The notes: generated by a model from the sequence alone, not told the origin. A stretch of 64,000 bases of DNA from an uncultured delta proteobacterium (GCA_963737905.1 CAVTUQ010000009.1:64001-128000), one strand, 5' to 3'. Shown: positions 28,411 to 38,470, numbered from the stretch's first letter. Translations and numbers: made by a program.

Positions 28411-31298
28411 TTGTTTTACCTGCCGGTGCTGAGCAGGCCGGTCCCTTGTCTCATAGTGGCCGCGATGCTCTCCTTTGGAGGATGCGCCGGCAAGCCGGGG
28501 GATTTGATCGCTTGCGGCAAAGTCGCATGGAGTGGGTTTCGCAAGGTTGCCGACGACCGAGCCGAGCGGTTCCTGGGCAAGGTCAAAGAGGAGACCGCCC
28601 GCTGCCGCGGCGGTGAGAAAGCCGTTGAGTCACGGGGCCTGCCATGGGTCGACTGGCAGAATTACTGGGCAACGGGCGACATCGCTAGCAAAGGACCGGA
28701 GCCGCTCTGGAAGCTCGGGCACCTGAGCCCCAACGGCCGTGGCATCGACGGTGCGCTGCTCGATCTCGAATATCAGCGCATGGAGTTGATCAAATTCAAC
28801 CTCTTCGACAACAGCGGGACCTACAAAGATTACGTGCGCGGCCGCGACGGCTTCGAGGTGCTGCGCTGAAGATTTGGGACGAGATGCGGTTGCCCAAAGA
28901 CCATCCGCATTATGCAGCCGTCGGCGGCGATGGCCAGCAGCTCTGCCGGGGCGAGTTGATTCGCTTCCGCAACCTGACCGGAATTTGCAACGATATCAGA
29001 AATCCGCTCATGGGCTCGGCCGATCAGCCGTTCGCGCGCAACGTTCAATTCGAGGTCACCTTCCCGGATTTGGGCCAAAACTTGTATGCGCGAAACCGGC
29101 ACGGCGATCGCCTGGGGCTGTTGAAGCCAGACCCGCAGGTGATCAGCCGCAAGCTCTTCACGCGCGCCCAATCGCATCCTGAAAAATGCCGCGCGGGGCA
29201 CGGGCTTCCAGGTGATTCGGCCCAGGCGGAATGCGATTACAAGAAAGCGCCGTTCTTCAACGTGCTGGCGGCCTTCTGGATCCAGTTCATGACGCACGAT
29301 TGGTTCTCGCACTTGGAGGAAGGGCACAACTCGCCTGAGATGATGACGGTGGGCTGTGCGTCGCAGCGGATCGGGGATATCGAGCAGCCGTTGAATCCGC
29401 AGCAAGTTGCAAAATTGGGCTGCCGTCCCGGAGATCGGATGGACAAGAGCTATGTGAGTGAGGTCGGCGAACCTTCAAAGTTCACTCATCAGGGAAGGGA
29501 GTATCTGAATCGTGCGTACAAGACCACCCGCAATACCGTTACGGCATGGTGGGACGCCTCGCAAATTTACGGATGGGATGAGGCCTCGCGGCAGCGCGTC
29601 AAGCGCGATCCCAGCGATCCGGCGAAATTGCTAATGCTATCGACACGCTCCGGCGAAGCGCAAGGCTACCTTCCGGTGTTCGGCGCTTCCGATCCAATCA
29701 ATCCCCAGTGGGCCGGACAGGAAGCGACGGCCTTCCCGGACAACTGGACGATCGGCCTGAGTTTTTTTCACAATGTCTTCGCCCGCGAGCACAACCAGTT
29801 TGTCGATGAGTTCAGAAAACGCGTTGCGGATAAGCCGGATGAAGACTCGGGCCTGCGCAATCCGGCGCGGCCGGATGAGAAGATTCCCTATAAGAATGTG
29901 ACGGCGGACGAACTTTTTGAAATCGCTCGGCTCGTCGTCGCCGCAGAGATCGCCAAGATTCACACCCTCGAATGGACGCCGCAGTTGCTTTATGATGAGC
30001 CGCTCCACCTGGCGATGAACGCCAATTGGCACGGACTGTTTCGCGGTAAGGACTTGGTCCAGGCAGCGCTAGAGAAAATCATCGCCAACAGCTTCAGCCA
30101 ATCAAAAGACCCAAAGAAAGCCGGCAAGTGGTACTCGGTCTTCGCATCGGGCCCCGGAATCTTCGGCCTCGGCAGTCGCGTGTATACGGACGACGCGATC
30201 TTTGCGAAATACGACCCAAAAAAAACCGATATCTGGAGCCTGAAAAACCCCGATCACGTCAATGGCGGGACCAATCACTTCGGCTCGCCATTCAACTTTC
30301 CGGAAGAGTTCATCACGGTGTACCGGCTGCATGCGATGGTTCCCGATCTGATCGAATATCGCGAGTCGGGGAAATATCCGAACGTGATCCTTAACAAGAT
30401 CCCGGTGGTAGACACCTTTCGCGGCCGCGCCACCACGGCGATGCGGAAGCGCGGGCTGGCGAACTGGGCGCTCTCTATGGGGCGCCAGCGACTGGGGGTG
30501 CTCACGCTGCAGAACCATCCACAGTTCCTGCAGAACCTGGAACTGCCCCGGCTGCACAGCGCGACGGGGAAGATCGATGTGGCGGCGCTCGACATTATCC
30601 GCGACCGCGAGCGGGGCGTGCCGCGCTTTAATGAATTTCGCCGCCAGTACGGTCTCAGGCAACTGACGAGCTTCGACGATTTCGTCGACCGGCGGCTGCC
30701 CAAGGACTCCCCCGAGCTGGCGGAACAGGAACGATTGATGGGTATCCTGCGGGAGGTGTACGGTCAGCACAAATGTGACGCTTCGAAAATTATCACTACG
30801 GCGCAGGTGAACGACGACGAGAAGCATACGCCGATCAACGACTGCCTGGGACACGCCGACGGAAGCCTGGTGGACAACATCGAAGATGTCGATACGGTCG
30901 TCGGTTGGCTCGCGGAGTTTCCCAGGCCGCACGGTTTCGCGATTTCCGAAACTCAATTTCAGGTTTTTATCCTCAATGCGTCACGCCGGCTCTTTAGCGA
31001 CCGGTTTTTTACTTCGAGCTTTCGCCCGGAGTTTTACAGCCACCTCGGTGTGAAGTGGATCAATGAAAACGGCCCTGACGGTGTAATCAAGGAGAAGAAC
31101 AAGTCGAACGGTCGTGAGGTCGAGATCTCGCCATTGAAACGAGTCTTGCTGCGAACCATTCCGGAGTTGGCGCCGGAGCTCGCACCTGTCGTGAACGCGT
31201 TCGACCCGTGGGCCCGCGATCGTGGCGAGTACTATTCGTTAAACTGGAGGCCCCGCCCTGGAGCTGAGTCAGATCAGGTGTTCAGAGTTTTGCAATGA
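28411..31298 (+). CDS. Peroxidase-cyclooxygenase superfamily heme protein (alpha-dioxygenase-like) lipoprotein, split by a -1 frameshift near 28857
   Basis: ORFs 28411-28869 and 28884-31298 join if one base is added at gag-gtg (E-G-A-A-L-K-I-W-D-E-M); motifs WIQFMTHDW, WWDASQIYG, IAKIHT, EEFITVYRLH, DRERG, ASRRL; start uncertain. Confidence 0.8.
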
Positions 31299-31477
31299 GT
31301 CGCCGCGTCTGCCAACTGTCGGGGGTCATGGGCCGTCGCTCGAGTGGCCGAAAAGACTCATCAGCGCCATTTATAACGCCAAAGACTCTATAGCTCAGGC
31401 AACAATTCGCAAAGCCGCCAAGTCAGATGCGTCAATGATCTTCAATCGGTTCTCCGCGTCACGTAATTCACGCACCC

Positions 31478-32356
31478 ATGACATCGATTCCCGCTGAGCT
31501 TTACGCGTTGGTGAACGCGTTCTTGTTTGCGCTGCACAATATGTTCACCAAAAAGGCGCTCCGTTACTCGAACCCGGCCACCGCCGTGATCAGCGGTCTC
31601 TTGATCAATATTATTTTTCTCTGGGGTCTCTCTGTCTTGTTCGCGCCGTTGTCGTCTTTGACCAGGGCTTCGATTTTGATCTTTGCGGCGGTTGGCCTGT
31701 TTCAGCCCGGGCTCACGCGCTTGCTTAGTTATAAAGGCATCGACGCCCTCGGTGTGGCGATTACCGATCCGATCCGAGCGACTACACCGCTGTTCAGCGC
31801 TATGATGGCGATCATTTTCCTCGGCGAAAAACTCACACTGCCGATCGTGGTTGCTACTTTGATGATTGTGGCGGGTATTACGCTGTTGTCGTGGCGTAGC
31901 GGTTCGATGAAACTCGCCGGGTCGGCGGTTTTTCTGTGGTACCCGATCGCAGCGTCGGCACTGGCGGGCGCTACTCAAGTCGTTCGCAAGGTCGGTCTGG
32001 CCGCGGTTCCCCATCCGCTTGTCGCCGCGGCGGTGACGGCGACTTCCTCGTTGGTCGTGTCGCTACTGACTCTGTGGTACGTCGAAAGGAGTCAACAGAC
32101 TTGGAAGATGAACCGGCAGTGCTTTGGGTGGTTTCTCGCCGCCGGCTTAACCATCAGTGTGGCCATGGTGTGTATCTACTATGCGCTGGATCTAGGTAAG
32201 GTTTCGGTGGTGATCCCGATCGCCAGCACCGGGCCGTTTTTCTCCTTGATCTTGGCCGCAACGTTTTTGCGCGACGTCGAGCGCGTCACGTCAAGGATCG
32301 TTCTCAGTGCCGCCATGCTCGTGGGCGGGGTAGTGCTGCTTACGCTGTGGAAGTAA
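31478..32356 (+). CDS. EamA/DMT-family transporter
   Basis: About 10 hydrophobic helices in two repeats, FLGEKL, VSVVIPI. Confidence 0.85.
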   Translation: MTSIPAELYALVNAFLFALHNMFTKKALRYSNPATAVISGLLINIIFLWGLSVLFAPLSSLTRASILIFAAVGLFQPGLTRLLSYKGIDALGVAITDPIRATTPLFSAMMAIIFLGEKLTLPIVVATLMIVAGITLLSWRSGSMKLAGSAVFLWYPIAASALAGATQVVRKVGLAAVPHPLVAAAVTATSSLVVSLLTLWYVERSQQTWKMNRQCFGWFLAAGLTISVAMVCIYYALDLGKVSVVIPIASTGPFFSLILAATFLRDVERVTSRIVLSAAMLVGGVVLLTLWK

Positions 32357-32528
32357 TCCGCGCCATAGACCTTCTGCGACGGATATGGAATTTCATGCTC
32401 GTTCTAATCAGCCGATTTGTCGTAGTGGACCGAAAAGGAATTCGATAGGCCAGGGATATAAACGATAGGGATTGATCACAAAGTATGCTAGTAATGACGA
32501 CAGAAATTTTCGAGAAAGAGGTTATTGA

Positions 32529-32726
32529 ATGAATACAGGCACTGTAAAGTTTTTTAATGCTGAAAAACATTTTGGTTTCATCACTCGCGATAGTGGAGGT
32601 GATCTGTTTTTCCATATATCTGAAGTTCAAGGACAGCCGCCACGCGAGGGTGACAAAGTAGAATTTGAAGTTGGCCAAGGCAAAAAAGGTCCTTGCGCTG
32701 TCAGTGTTAAAGTCAAAGGAAACTAA
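32529..32726 (+). CDS. Cold-shock protein
   Basis: GTVKFFNAEKHFGFI (RNP1) and DLFFHIS (RNP2); GAGGT RBS. Confidence 0.95.
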   Translation: MNTGTVKFFNAEKHFGFITRDSGGDLFFHISEVQGQPPREGDKVEFEVGQGKKGPCAVSVKVKGN

Positions 32727-32728
32727 GA

Positions 32729-33346
32729 CTGAATCGGAACAGAAAAACCAACGATCGATGTCCGATTTGCGGTTTCAATCGGCCTTTCTGTATCTGCGAC
32801 GCCATACCGAGAATCGAGTTAAACACCAAGATTTGTCTTGTCGTTCATGCTCGGGAGCTGAGGCGAGCAACCAATACAGGTCGGCTCGCGCTAAGAGCTT
32901 TAGTGAATAGCGAAATGCGGGTACGAGGGCAAACAAGAGAAGCTCTCGACCTGAGAGATCTCCTAATTCCTCGGTATCGGACTTTGTTGTTTTATCCCTC
33001 AGAGGATGCCGTGGAATTAGATAAAGAACTTGTGGCGCAAGACCCCAAGCCGATTCAGCTCATTGTTCCCGATGGAACCTGGCGACAGGCGAGCAAAGTT
33101 CACTTCCGTCATCCTGAATTGAAAGACGTGAAAAGGGTGATGATCAGCACTCCGAACATCTCGAAGGTTCATCTACGCGCCCAACACAGACGAGAAGGGA
33201 TGGCCACCTTACAGGCCATCGCCCATGGTCTTGGGGTTATCGAAGGCGAGGTCGTGAAGACTCAGCTGATGAAGCTTTATCATGCCAAGCTCGAGCAAAC
33301 GTTATTAGGGCGTGGGCTCTTCATGGAAGCAAAAAGCTTGACCTGA
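32729..33346 (+). CDS. tapT: DTW-domain tRNA-uridine aminocarboxypropyltransferase, probable CTG start
   Basis: In-frame upstream extension RCPICGFNRPFCIC...HARE...TNTGRL, then LFYPS and PDGTWRQA; stop at 32708-32710 bounds the frame. Confidence 0.8.
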   Translation: MNRNRKTNDRCPICGFNRPFCICDAIPRIELNTKICLVVHARELRRATNTGRLALRALVNSEMRVRGQTREALDLRDLLIPRYRTLLFYPSEDAVELDKELVAQDPKPIQLIVPDGTWRQASKVHFRHPELKDVKRVMISTPNISKVHLRAQHRREGMATLQAIAHGLGVIEGEVVKTQLMKLYHAKLEQTLLGRGLFMEAKSLT

Positions 33347-33479
33347 ATTTAATCTGAGGGCAATCGCCGCGCCTGGGGCAGCCTTGTGGACAGCGTTGAT
33401 GACGGCTTCGAATAATGCAAGGCGCCGGGGCGCCAGGCGGACGCCTGGCTCCGATTACAACACAATCATAAGTCGTCGA

Positions 33480-33729
33480 AGCTAAATAGCGTTGAAGATA
33501 CTCGGGGCCGAAGGTGGAAAAGATTTCACGGATGGAGGTCATGATCGAGTCCCCTCCATCACGTGATTGATCAACTGGCAGGCATCTTCCTGGCCTTGTT
33601 TTTCTTGTGGCCGTGAGCCGGAAAGACTAGCCGGGGATGGCAATGAGTGAGCCAGTATTGGCGCAGCAAATGGAGGGTGGGCTGGGGCAGCGCGACGTAG
33701 CGGCCTTGGCGCCCTTGCCGCGGTGGAAA
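33480..33729 (-). pseudogene. Remnant of tyrosine integrase plus IS91-like transposase tandem
   Basis: HRGKGAK/RYVALPQPTLHLLRQYW...VFPA (frameshifted) fused to QGQEDACQLINHVMEG*, overlapping ATG of MTSIREIFSTFGPEYLQRY, which is truncated. Confidence 0.7.
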
Positions 33730-33842
33730 AGACTCCCGACCCGCTTTCCGATCTGTGCAGGAGTTGCTGTATGATAGCGATGTTGGTGCGATTATGATCT
33801 ACCTATTTTCGATGGAAGATTACCCAGAAGGAGGAACTAACA

Positions 33843-34418
33843 ATGGCGATTTCCATACATCCGGCGGTTGATCAGGGCATGAAACCTGGGGCTAAGAACT
33901 TCGCGGGCGGTACGCTGATCTGCCACTGCCCTGACAAGAAGGTGGCGGTAGCGATTGATAGCCAGTGTGCCCATAACCATGTGTGCGGGTGCACCCAGTG
34001 CTGGAAGCCGGCGGGCGCGCTGTTCTCCCAGGTCGCGGTCGTGCCACGCGGCAAAGTCCGTGTAACTGCCAATGAGGACAAGTTGGCGGTCGTGGATCCG
34101 AACGCGGTTATCAAACGACACGCTTGCAAAAATTGCGGCGTGCACATGTACGGACGCATCGAGAACGAAAAGCATCCGTTCTTCGGCTTGGATTTCATCC
34201 ATACGGAACTATCGTCGAATGAAGGCTGGGCACCGCCGGAATTTGCGGCCTTTGTCTCTTCCATTATCGAGTCCGGAACCAATCCCGCCGACATGGGCGC
34301 GATCAGAACTAGACTGAAAGAGCTGGGCCTAGAGCCCTATGACTGCTTGTCGCCTGAGCTAATGGACGCAATTGCGACCCATACTGCGAAAGCAGCGGGC
34401 GTGCTCAGTCGCGGATAG
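33843..34418 (+). CDS. gfa: S-(hydroxymethyl)glutathione synthase (formaldehyde-activating enzyme)
   Basis: [53 protein letters not shown]. Confidence 0.93.
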   Translation: MAISIHPAVDQGMKPGAKNFAGGTLICHCPDKKVAVAIDSQCAHNHVCGCTQCWKPAGALFSQVAVVPRGKVRVTANEDKLAVVDPNAVIKRHACKNCGVHMYGRIENEKHPFFGLDFIHTELSSNEGWAPPEFAAFVSSIIESGTNPADMGAIRTRLKELGLEPYDCLSPELMDAIATHTAKAAGVLSRG

Positions 34419-34488
34419 TGAAGGCGCCCTCGACCTCGTTGTTAGAGTTCGCCACACAGCCCGAGCTGATGCGAAAGGAGATATAATT

Positions 34489-34896
34489 ATGACAGAGGCG
34501 CATATTCTGAGAATCGACTCGTTGCCGGTGGTCGACCGTGGCAACGGCATCCAAACGATTCCTTTAGTCACGAAAGAGATCGGCTCGAAGCAGATAACCA
34601 CCGGGTTAACCCGTTTTCCGGCCGGCACCAAGGTGCCGCTCCACTCACACAACTGCGACGAACAGGTAACGATCCTCGAAGGGGAGGCCGAGGCAGAAGT
34701 TGACGGGCAGCAACACCGCTTGCATCCTTTTGATACGACGCTTGTCCCCGCGGGCAAGCCGCATCGGTTTATAAATGTGGGGACATCTCACCTCACGATC
34801 CTGTGGATATACACCAGTGCCGATGTAACACGAACCTTCACGGAAACTGGCGAGACAGTTGCCCATCTTTCCGGCCGTGATCTGGTCAGTTCCTAA
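34489..34896 (+). CDS. Cupin-domain protein
   Basis: PLHSHNCDEQV and VPAGKPHRFIN; AAGGAG RBS. Confidence 0.88.
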   Translation: MTEAHILRIDSLPVVDRGNGIQTIPLVTKEIGSKQITTGLTRFPAGTKVPLHSHNCDEQVTILEGEAEAEVDGQQHRLHPFDTTLVPAGKPHRFINVGTSHLTILWIYTSADVTRTFTETGETVAHLSGRDLVSS

Positions 34897-34985
34897 TTTC
34901 ACAGGTATAGACGGCACGGACTCGCTTGATTACCGGGCGATCCTCACGGGCGCGAAAAGCGTTAAAGCGCGAGGTCGATGTATAG

Positions 34986-35378
34986 TTAGTGTTTAGCGCC
35001 GTCCCAGCCGTGGGTCGAGATGTCGAACACGATGCCGTTGGGGTCGCGAAACTTGTGCTCGGCGTTGGCCGGATTGTGACCGGTTGGTCCCGGATGGTAC
35101 TTGCCGCCATGCCCCTCGATCACCTGCTTCATTGTCTGGATGTCGTCCACCCAGATGCCGAAATGGTGCAATCCGACGAAGTCTTTGCCGCGCTCGTCGC
35201 CGGCATCCTCCTCGGTCTCGAACTGGAGCAGCGTGAGATTCATTACCCCGTCCGAGAGCCGCGTCGCCACCCGCGACTCAGAGACGCGCTCGAATCCGAA
35301 TGTGTCTTCGTAAAACTTCGCCGCCTTCTCCTTGTCAGGCACCGAGATCGCGATATGTCTGAGTTTGCCCTTTGCCAT
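34986..35378 (-). CDS. VOC/glyoxalase-family protein
   Basis: LRHIAISV, FYEDTFG, GLHHFGIWVDD, FRDPNGIVFD; GGAGG RBS. Confidence 0.88.
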   Translation of the reverse strand: MAKGKLRHIAISVPDKEKAAKFYEDTFGFERVSESRVATRLSDGVMNLTLLQFETEEDAGDERGKDFVGLHHFGIWVDDIQTMKQVIEGHGGKYHPGPTGHNPANAEHKFRDPNGIVFDISTHGWDGAKH

Positions 35379-35406
35379 GTCCGTCCTCCATTCTGACCAC
35401 GGGACC

Positions 35407-35489
35407 CACAGTGGCCGGCCATTGCCCATCCCCTTGGCCCGGGCTTTGCCCGGCGCCGATAACAATGGCGATTTTCCTTCTAAACACAT
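35407..35489 (-). pseudogene. N-terminal fragment of a short-chain dehydrogenase
   Basis: MCLEGK/IAIVIGAGQSPGQG/MGNGR/ATV readable across frameshifts, then ends. Confidence 0.55.
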
Positions 35490-36115
35490 GGCCGCCTGCC
35501 GAAGTAGTCCGCGTCTGGACTCCAACTGACTTTCTCTGCCCACAACGACGCGGCTTCATAAATGATATGAAAAACCGGCTCCTTGAGAAAGAGATAACCG
35601 TCGATACTTTCCGGGAAAAGCTGTGACGCTCGGCGTTTCAGGAGTTCGTACTCGGCGCGAACGTCTTCCGACGAGCGAAGATAGTCACGAAACAGCAGCG
35701 CATACCGCTGGTTGAAACGTCCGAGCTCTCGGATATGTATATGTGTTCGTCGTTCACCCTCCGGTTCTCTCATGAAGAGCTTGCGCAACTCCGAATCTGT
35801 CTCGGACTTTTTGTGAAAGACGTCGTATTCGAACGTCGCGCCCTCGCGAAACCCCGCGGCTCTGAGAAGGCTCGCCAACCCGCCGGCCTCGTCCAAGTTG
35901 GAAACTGTGATCTGTATATCTATGACATCTTTACCGCCGAGTCCTGAAACGGCGGTAGAACCGATGTGATCGATTCGCATCGCGGTATTCCCAACCAAGT
36001 CGCGGATGTCACTCGCAATACGACTGAACTCGTTCACCCAGTGGGGCTGATAAGAAGTAATCACCACCGAGCGGGATTTTTTAGTCATGTCAACCTCAGG
36101 CATAGCGTCTGCCAT
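35480..36115 (-). CDS. GrpB-family nucleotidyltransferase-like protein
   Basis: YQPHW, IDHIGSTAV, KDVIDIQI, HIHIR, LLFRDYLR, YELLK. Confidence 0.88.
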   Translation of the reverse strand: MADAMPEVDMTKKSRSVVITSYQPHWVNEFSRIASDIRDLVGNTAMRIDHIGSTAVSGLGGKDVIDIQITVSNLDEAGGLASLLRAAGFREGATFEYDVFHKKSETDSELRKLFMREPEGERRTHIHIRELGRFNQRYALLFRDYLRSSEDVRAEYELLKRRASQLFPESIDGYLFLKEPVFHIIYEAASLWAEKVSWSPDADYFGRRPCV

Positions 36116-36172
36116 GGCGTCTAACGCATAGCGTTTTATCCTGGATGCCTGGTAGCGATCAAGTTCTGAAAA

Positions 36173-36296
36173 GTCGAGGATCTGAAGTTTCTACGGGCGC
36201 ACACAAAGAAGGTGATCAAGATGACCGTGCCGGGCCCCGTTCACGATGAACCAGCAGGCCCAGAACGACTACTATCCGAGCGAGGAGGAGGCAGCG
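36173..36296 (+). pseudogene. Internal fragment of a cobalamin-independent methionine synthase-like gene
   Basis: VEDLKFLRAHTKKVIKMTVPGP/FTMNQQAQNDYYPSEEEAA with one frameshift, no start or stop context. Confidence 0.6.
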
Positions 36297-36427
36297 TCGC
36301 TGATCGCTTATGGCATATAGATAAAACCAACGGATCATACGCTATAGGCCATAAGCTATAGGCTAGCTTAGCTAGCAGCCTGTGCAAGTTGACACTCAAC
36401 TATGTCATCAGATAGGCTCCGCCCGAA

Positions 36428-37201
36428 ATGCGACGAAGACTTATCTCCCTTGCGGAGCTTGTGTTTCCCTTCGTCGTGGCAGCGGTTGCCTGGCAAGCGT
36501 TCTCGCTTCTCGGGCCGTTCCCGCAAAAACTTTTTCCTACCGTTGAAACGATCGCTGCGGCCTTCACCCGCCTCATCGCCGACGGAATTCTACCTCTACA
36601 CGCTCTCCATACGTTGCTCCGTCTGCTGCTCGCATTCTTGCTTGCCGCATTGGTCGGGGTGGGGCTTGGGATCATTATCGGCCGATACCGTTGGGCCGAG
36701 GATTTTTTCCTGCCGCTCGTGAGCATCGGCAATCCGGTTCCAGGCTTGGCCTATGCGCCGCTTTTCGTATTGTGGTTCGGCCTCGGTAATCTTCCTGCCA
36801 TCCTTCTCGTCGCATTCGCGGCGGCTTTCCCCATCGTCCTCAACACCTGGACGGGCGTCAAGGCAGTAAAGGAGATCTGGATCCGCGCGGCGCAGTCGAT
36901 GGGCGCTGAGGATCACCAGCTCTTCTGGAAGGTTGTCCTTCCCAGTGCTTTACCCTATGTCCTTACCGGCTTAAGGCTCGGCCTGGCTCGCGCGTGGCGA
37001 GTACTGGTTGCCGTCGAGATGCTGACTTCCGTCTCGCTCGGGCTTGGCTGGCTCATCTTCGGCGCGCGCGAGTTCCTGAATACGGACGTGATGCTGGCGG
37101 GCATCGCGGTCATCGGTATCGTCGGGCTTCTGCTGGAGAAGCTGGTTTTCGAAAAGATCGAGCAACTAACAGTTGTCCGCTGGGGGATGATGGAAAGATG
37201 A
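36428..37201 (+). CDS. ABC transporter permease (SsuC/TauC type)
   Basis: PLFVLWFGLG, IRAAQSMGA EAA loop, VLPSALP. Confidence 0.9.
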   Translation: MRRRLISLAELVFPFVVAAVAWQAFSLLGPFPQKLFPTVETIAAAFTRLIADGILPLHALHTLLRLLLAFLLAALVGVGLGIIIGRYRWAEDFFLPLVSIGNPVPGLAYAPLFVLWFGLGNLPAILLVAFAAAFPIVLNTWTGVKAVKEIWIRAAQSMGAEDHQLFWKVVLPSALPYVLTGLRLGLARAWRVLVAVEMLTSVSLGLGWLIFGAREFLNTDVMLAGIAVIGIVGLLLEKLVFEKIEQLTVVRWGMMER

Positions 37202-37250
37202 GGCCGCGCCGATATGCTTCGTCTCACTGCGTTCTCGGTAAAAAGGAGTA

Positions 37251-37377
37251 TTCACCGCGGAGGCACGAAGGACACGAAGGAAGAGTAATGTAACCGCAAA
37301 GCGCGCAAAGGACGCAAAAATGTAGGGGCGGGTTTCAAACCCGCCCTCCTTCGTGTCCTCGCGTGTGTGCTTGTGAA
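37251..37377. repeat. Nested palindromes: 9-nt-unit element enclosing a GTAG-type REP
   Basis: caccgcggaggcacgaaggacacgaagg ... ccttcgtgtcctcgcg around gtaggggcgggtttcaaacccgccct (37322-37347). Confidence 0.7.
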
Positions 37378-37386
37378 GATTTTGAC

Positions 37387-38178
37387 GTGACGAAAAAACG
37401 CAATCTAATACGCTCCACGCTTGGAACGATTCTTTCCATCGGCCTGGCCTGCCTGATCTGGGAAGCCTTTGCGCGGAGCGGTCTCTTCGCTCCGGCGCTG
37501 GCCCCGTCCGTGGTTGCGATCGGCCGGGCTTTAGTCGGAATGCTTCTGAGCGGTGCCATGCTTCGCCATACTGCATACACGCTCTATCGTGTCCTCTTCG
37601 GACTCCTCCTGGCGTGTCTAGTGGGTGTGCCCATTGGGATTCTCATGGGACGGTTTCGGCGTGTCGAGCGCTTTTTCGTTCCGTTGGTGAGCGTTCTCAT
37701 GCCGATCCCTTCGTTGGCTTGGGTGCCGGTCTTCATTCTCTGGTTCGGTCTGGGCAACGCGGCGACGATCGCGCTGGTCTTTTACGCCGCGACCTTCCCG
37801 GTGATTTTCAACACCTGGACCGGCGTGCGCTCGGTCAATCGCCTCTGGATTCGCTCCGCAGAGGCGATGGGCGCCGACGAGAAAGTGCTCTTTCACAAAG
37901 TGATCCTGCCGGGAGCGCTTCCCCTTATCATCACGGGATTTCGCCAGGCCTTTGCGCGGGCGTGGATCGCAGTGGTTGGCGGCGAAATGATCGCGGCCAC
38001 TTCGTGGGGCTTGGGTTGGGTCATCTTCGACTCCAAGGAATTTCTCAATACCGATGTCATGCTGGCGAGCCTAGCGATCATCGGAATCGTGGGACTCGTC
38101 TTCGAGCGACTGATCTTCCAGACCTTGGAACGGCGCACGGTGGGTCGCTGGGGCATGGTGAAGGCGGTCCAAGCTTGA
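37387..38178 (+). CDS. ABC transporter permease (SsuC/TauC type), second copy
   Basis: PVFILWFGLG, IRSAEAMGA; paralogous to 36428-37201. Confidence 0.9.
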   Translation: MTKKRNLIRSTLGTILSIGLACLIWEAFARSGLFAPALAPSVVAIGRALVGMLLSGAMLRHTAYTLYRVLFGLLLACLVGVPIGILMGRFRRVERFFVPLVSVLMPIPSLAWVPVFILWFGLGNAATIALVFYAATFPVIFNTWTGVRSVNRLWIRSAEAMGADEKVLFHKVILPGALPLIITGFRQAFARAWIAVVGGEMIAATSWGLGWVIFDSKEFLNTDVMLASLAIIGIVGLVFERLIFQTLERRTVGRWGMVKAVQA

Positions 38179-38199
38179 ATTGTGGAGTTCGGAAAAGAC

Positions 38200-38470
38200 T
38201 ACTCACGCAAAGGCACAAAGGGCGCCAAGTATAAAAATTGCAAATTCGAAACTCGAAACCTGTCCTGAGCAGCGAAGTCGAAGAATCCGAAATTCGAAAC
38301 AATTTCAGATGATCAAAAATCAGAAAGTTCCAAACAAACCGTTTTCGGTGAAGCAAGAATCGAAGAATTATTCACCGCGGAGGCGCGGAGAACACAGAGA
38401 AAAAAATAGATAACCTCTGTGAACTCTACGTCTCTGTGGTGAAGATTGATTAGGATTTCGGGTTTTGAGT
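38200..38470. repeat. Composite of 7-nt and 9-nt tandem-repeat palindromes
   Basis: aaattcgaaactcgaaa/tccgaaattcgaaac units and ttcaccgcggaggcgcggagaacacagag...ctctgtgaactctacgtctctgtggtgaa (38371-38443). Confidence 0.65.

Noticed and set aside
28867-28869. Selenocysteine or read-through at TGA
   Set aside because: The protein continues in a different frame, so an indel explains it and recoding does not
36113-36130. Integron cassette core site (GTTAGAC just before the GrpB start)
   Set aside because: No inverse core site or attC hairpin at the other end and no intI; a single 7-mer can occur by chance
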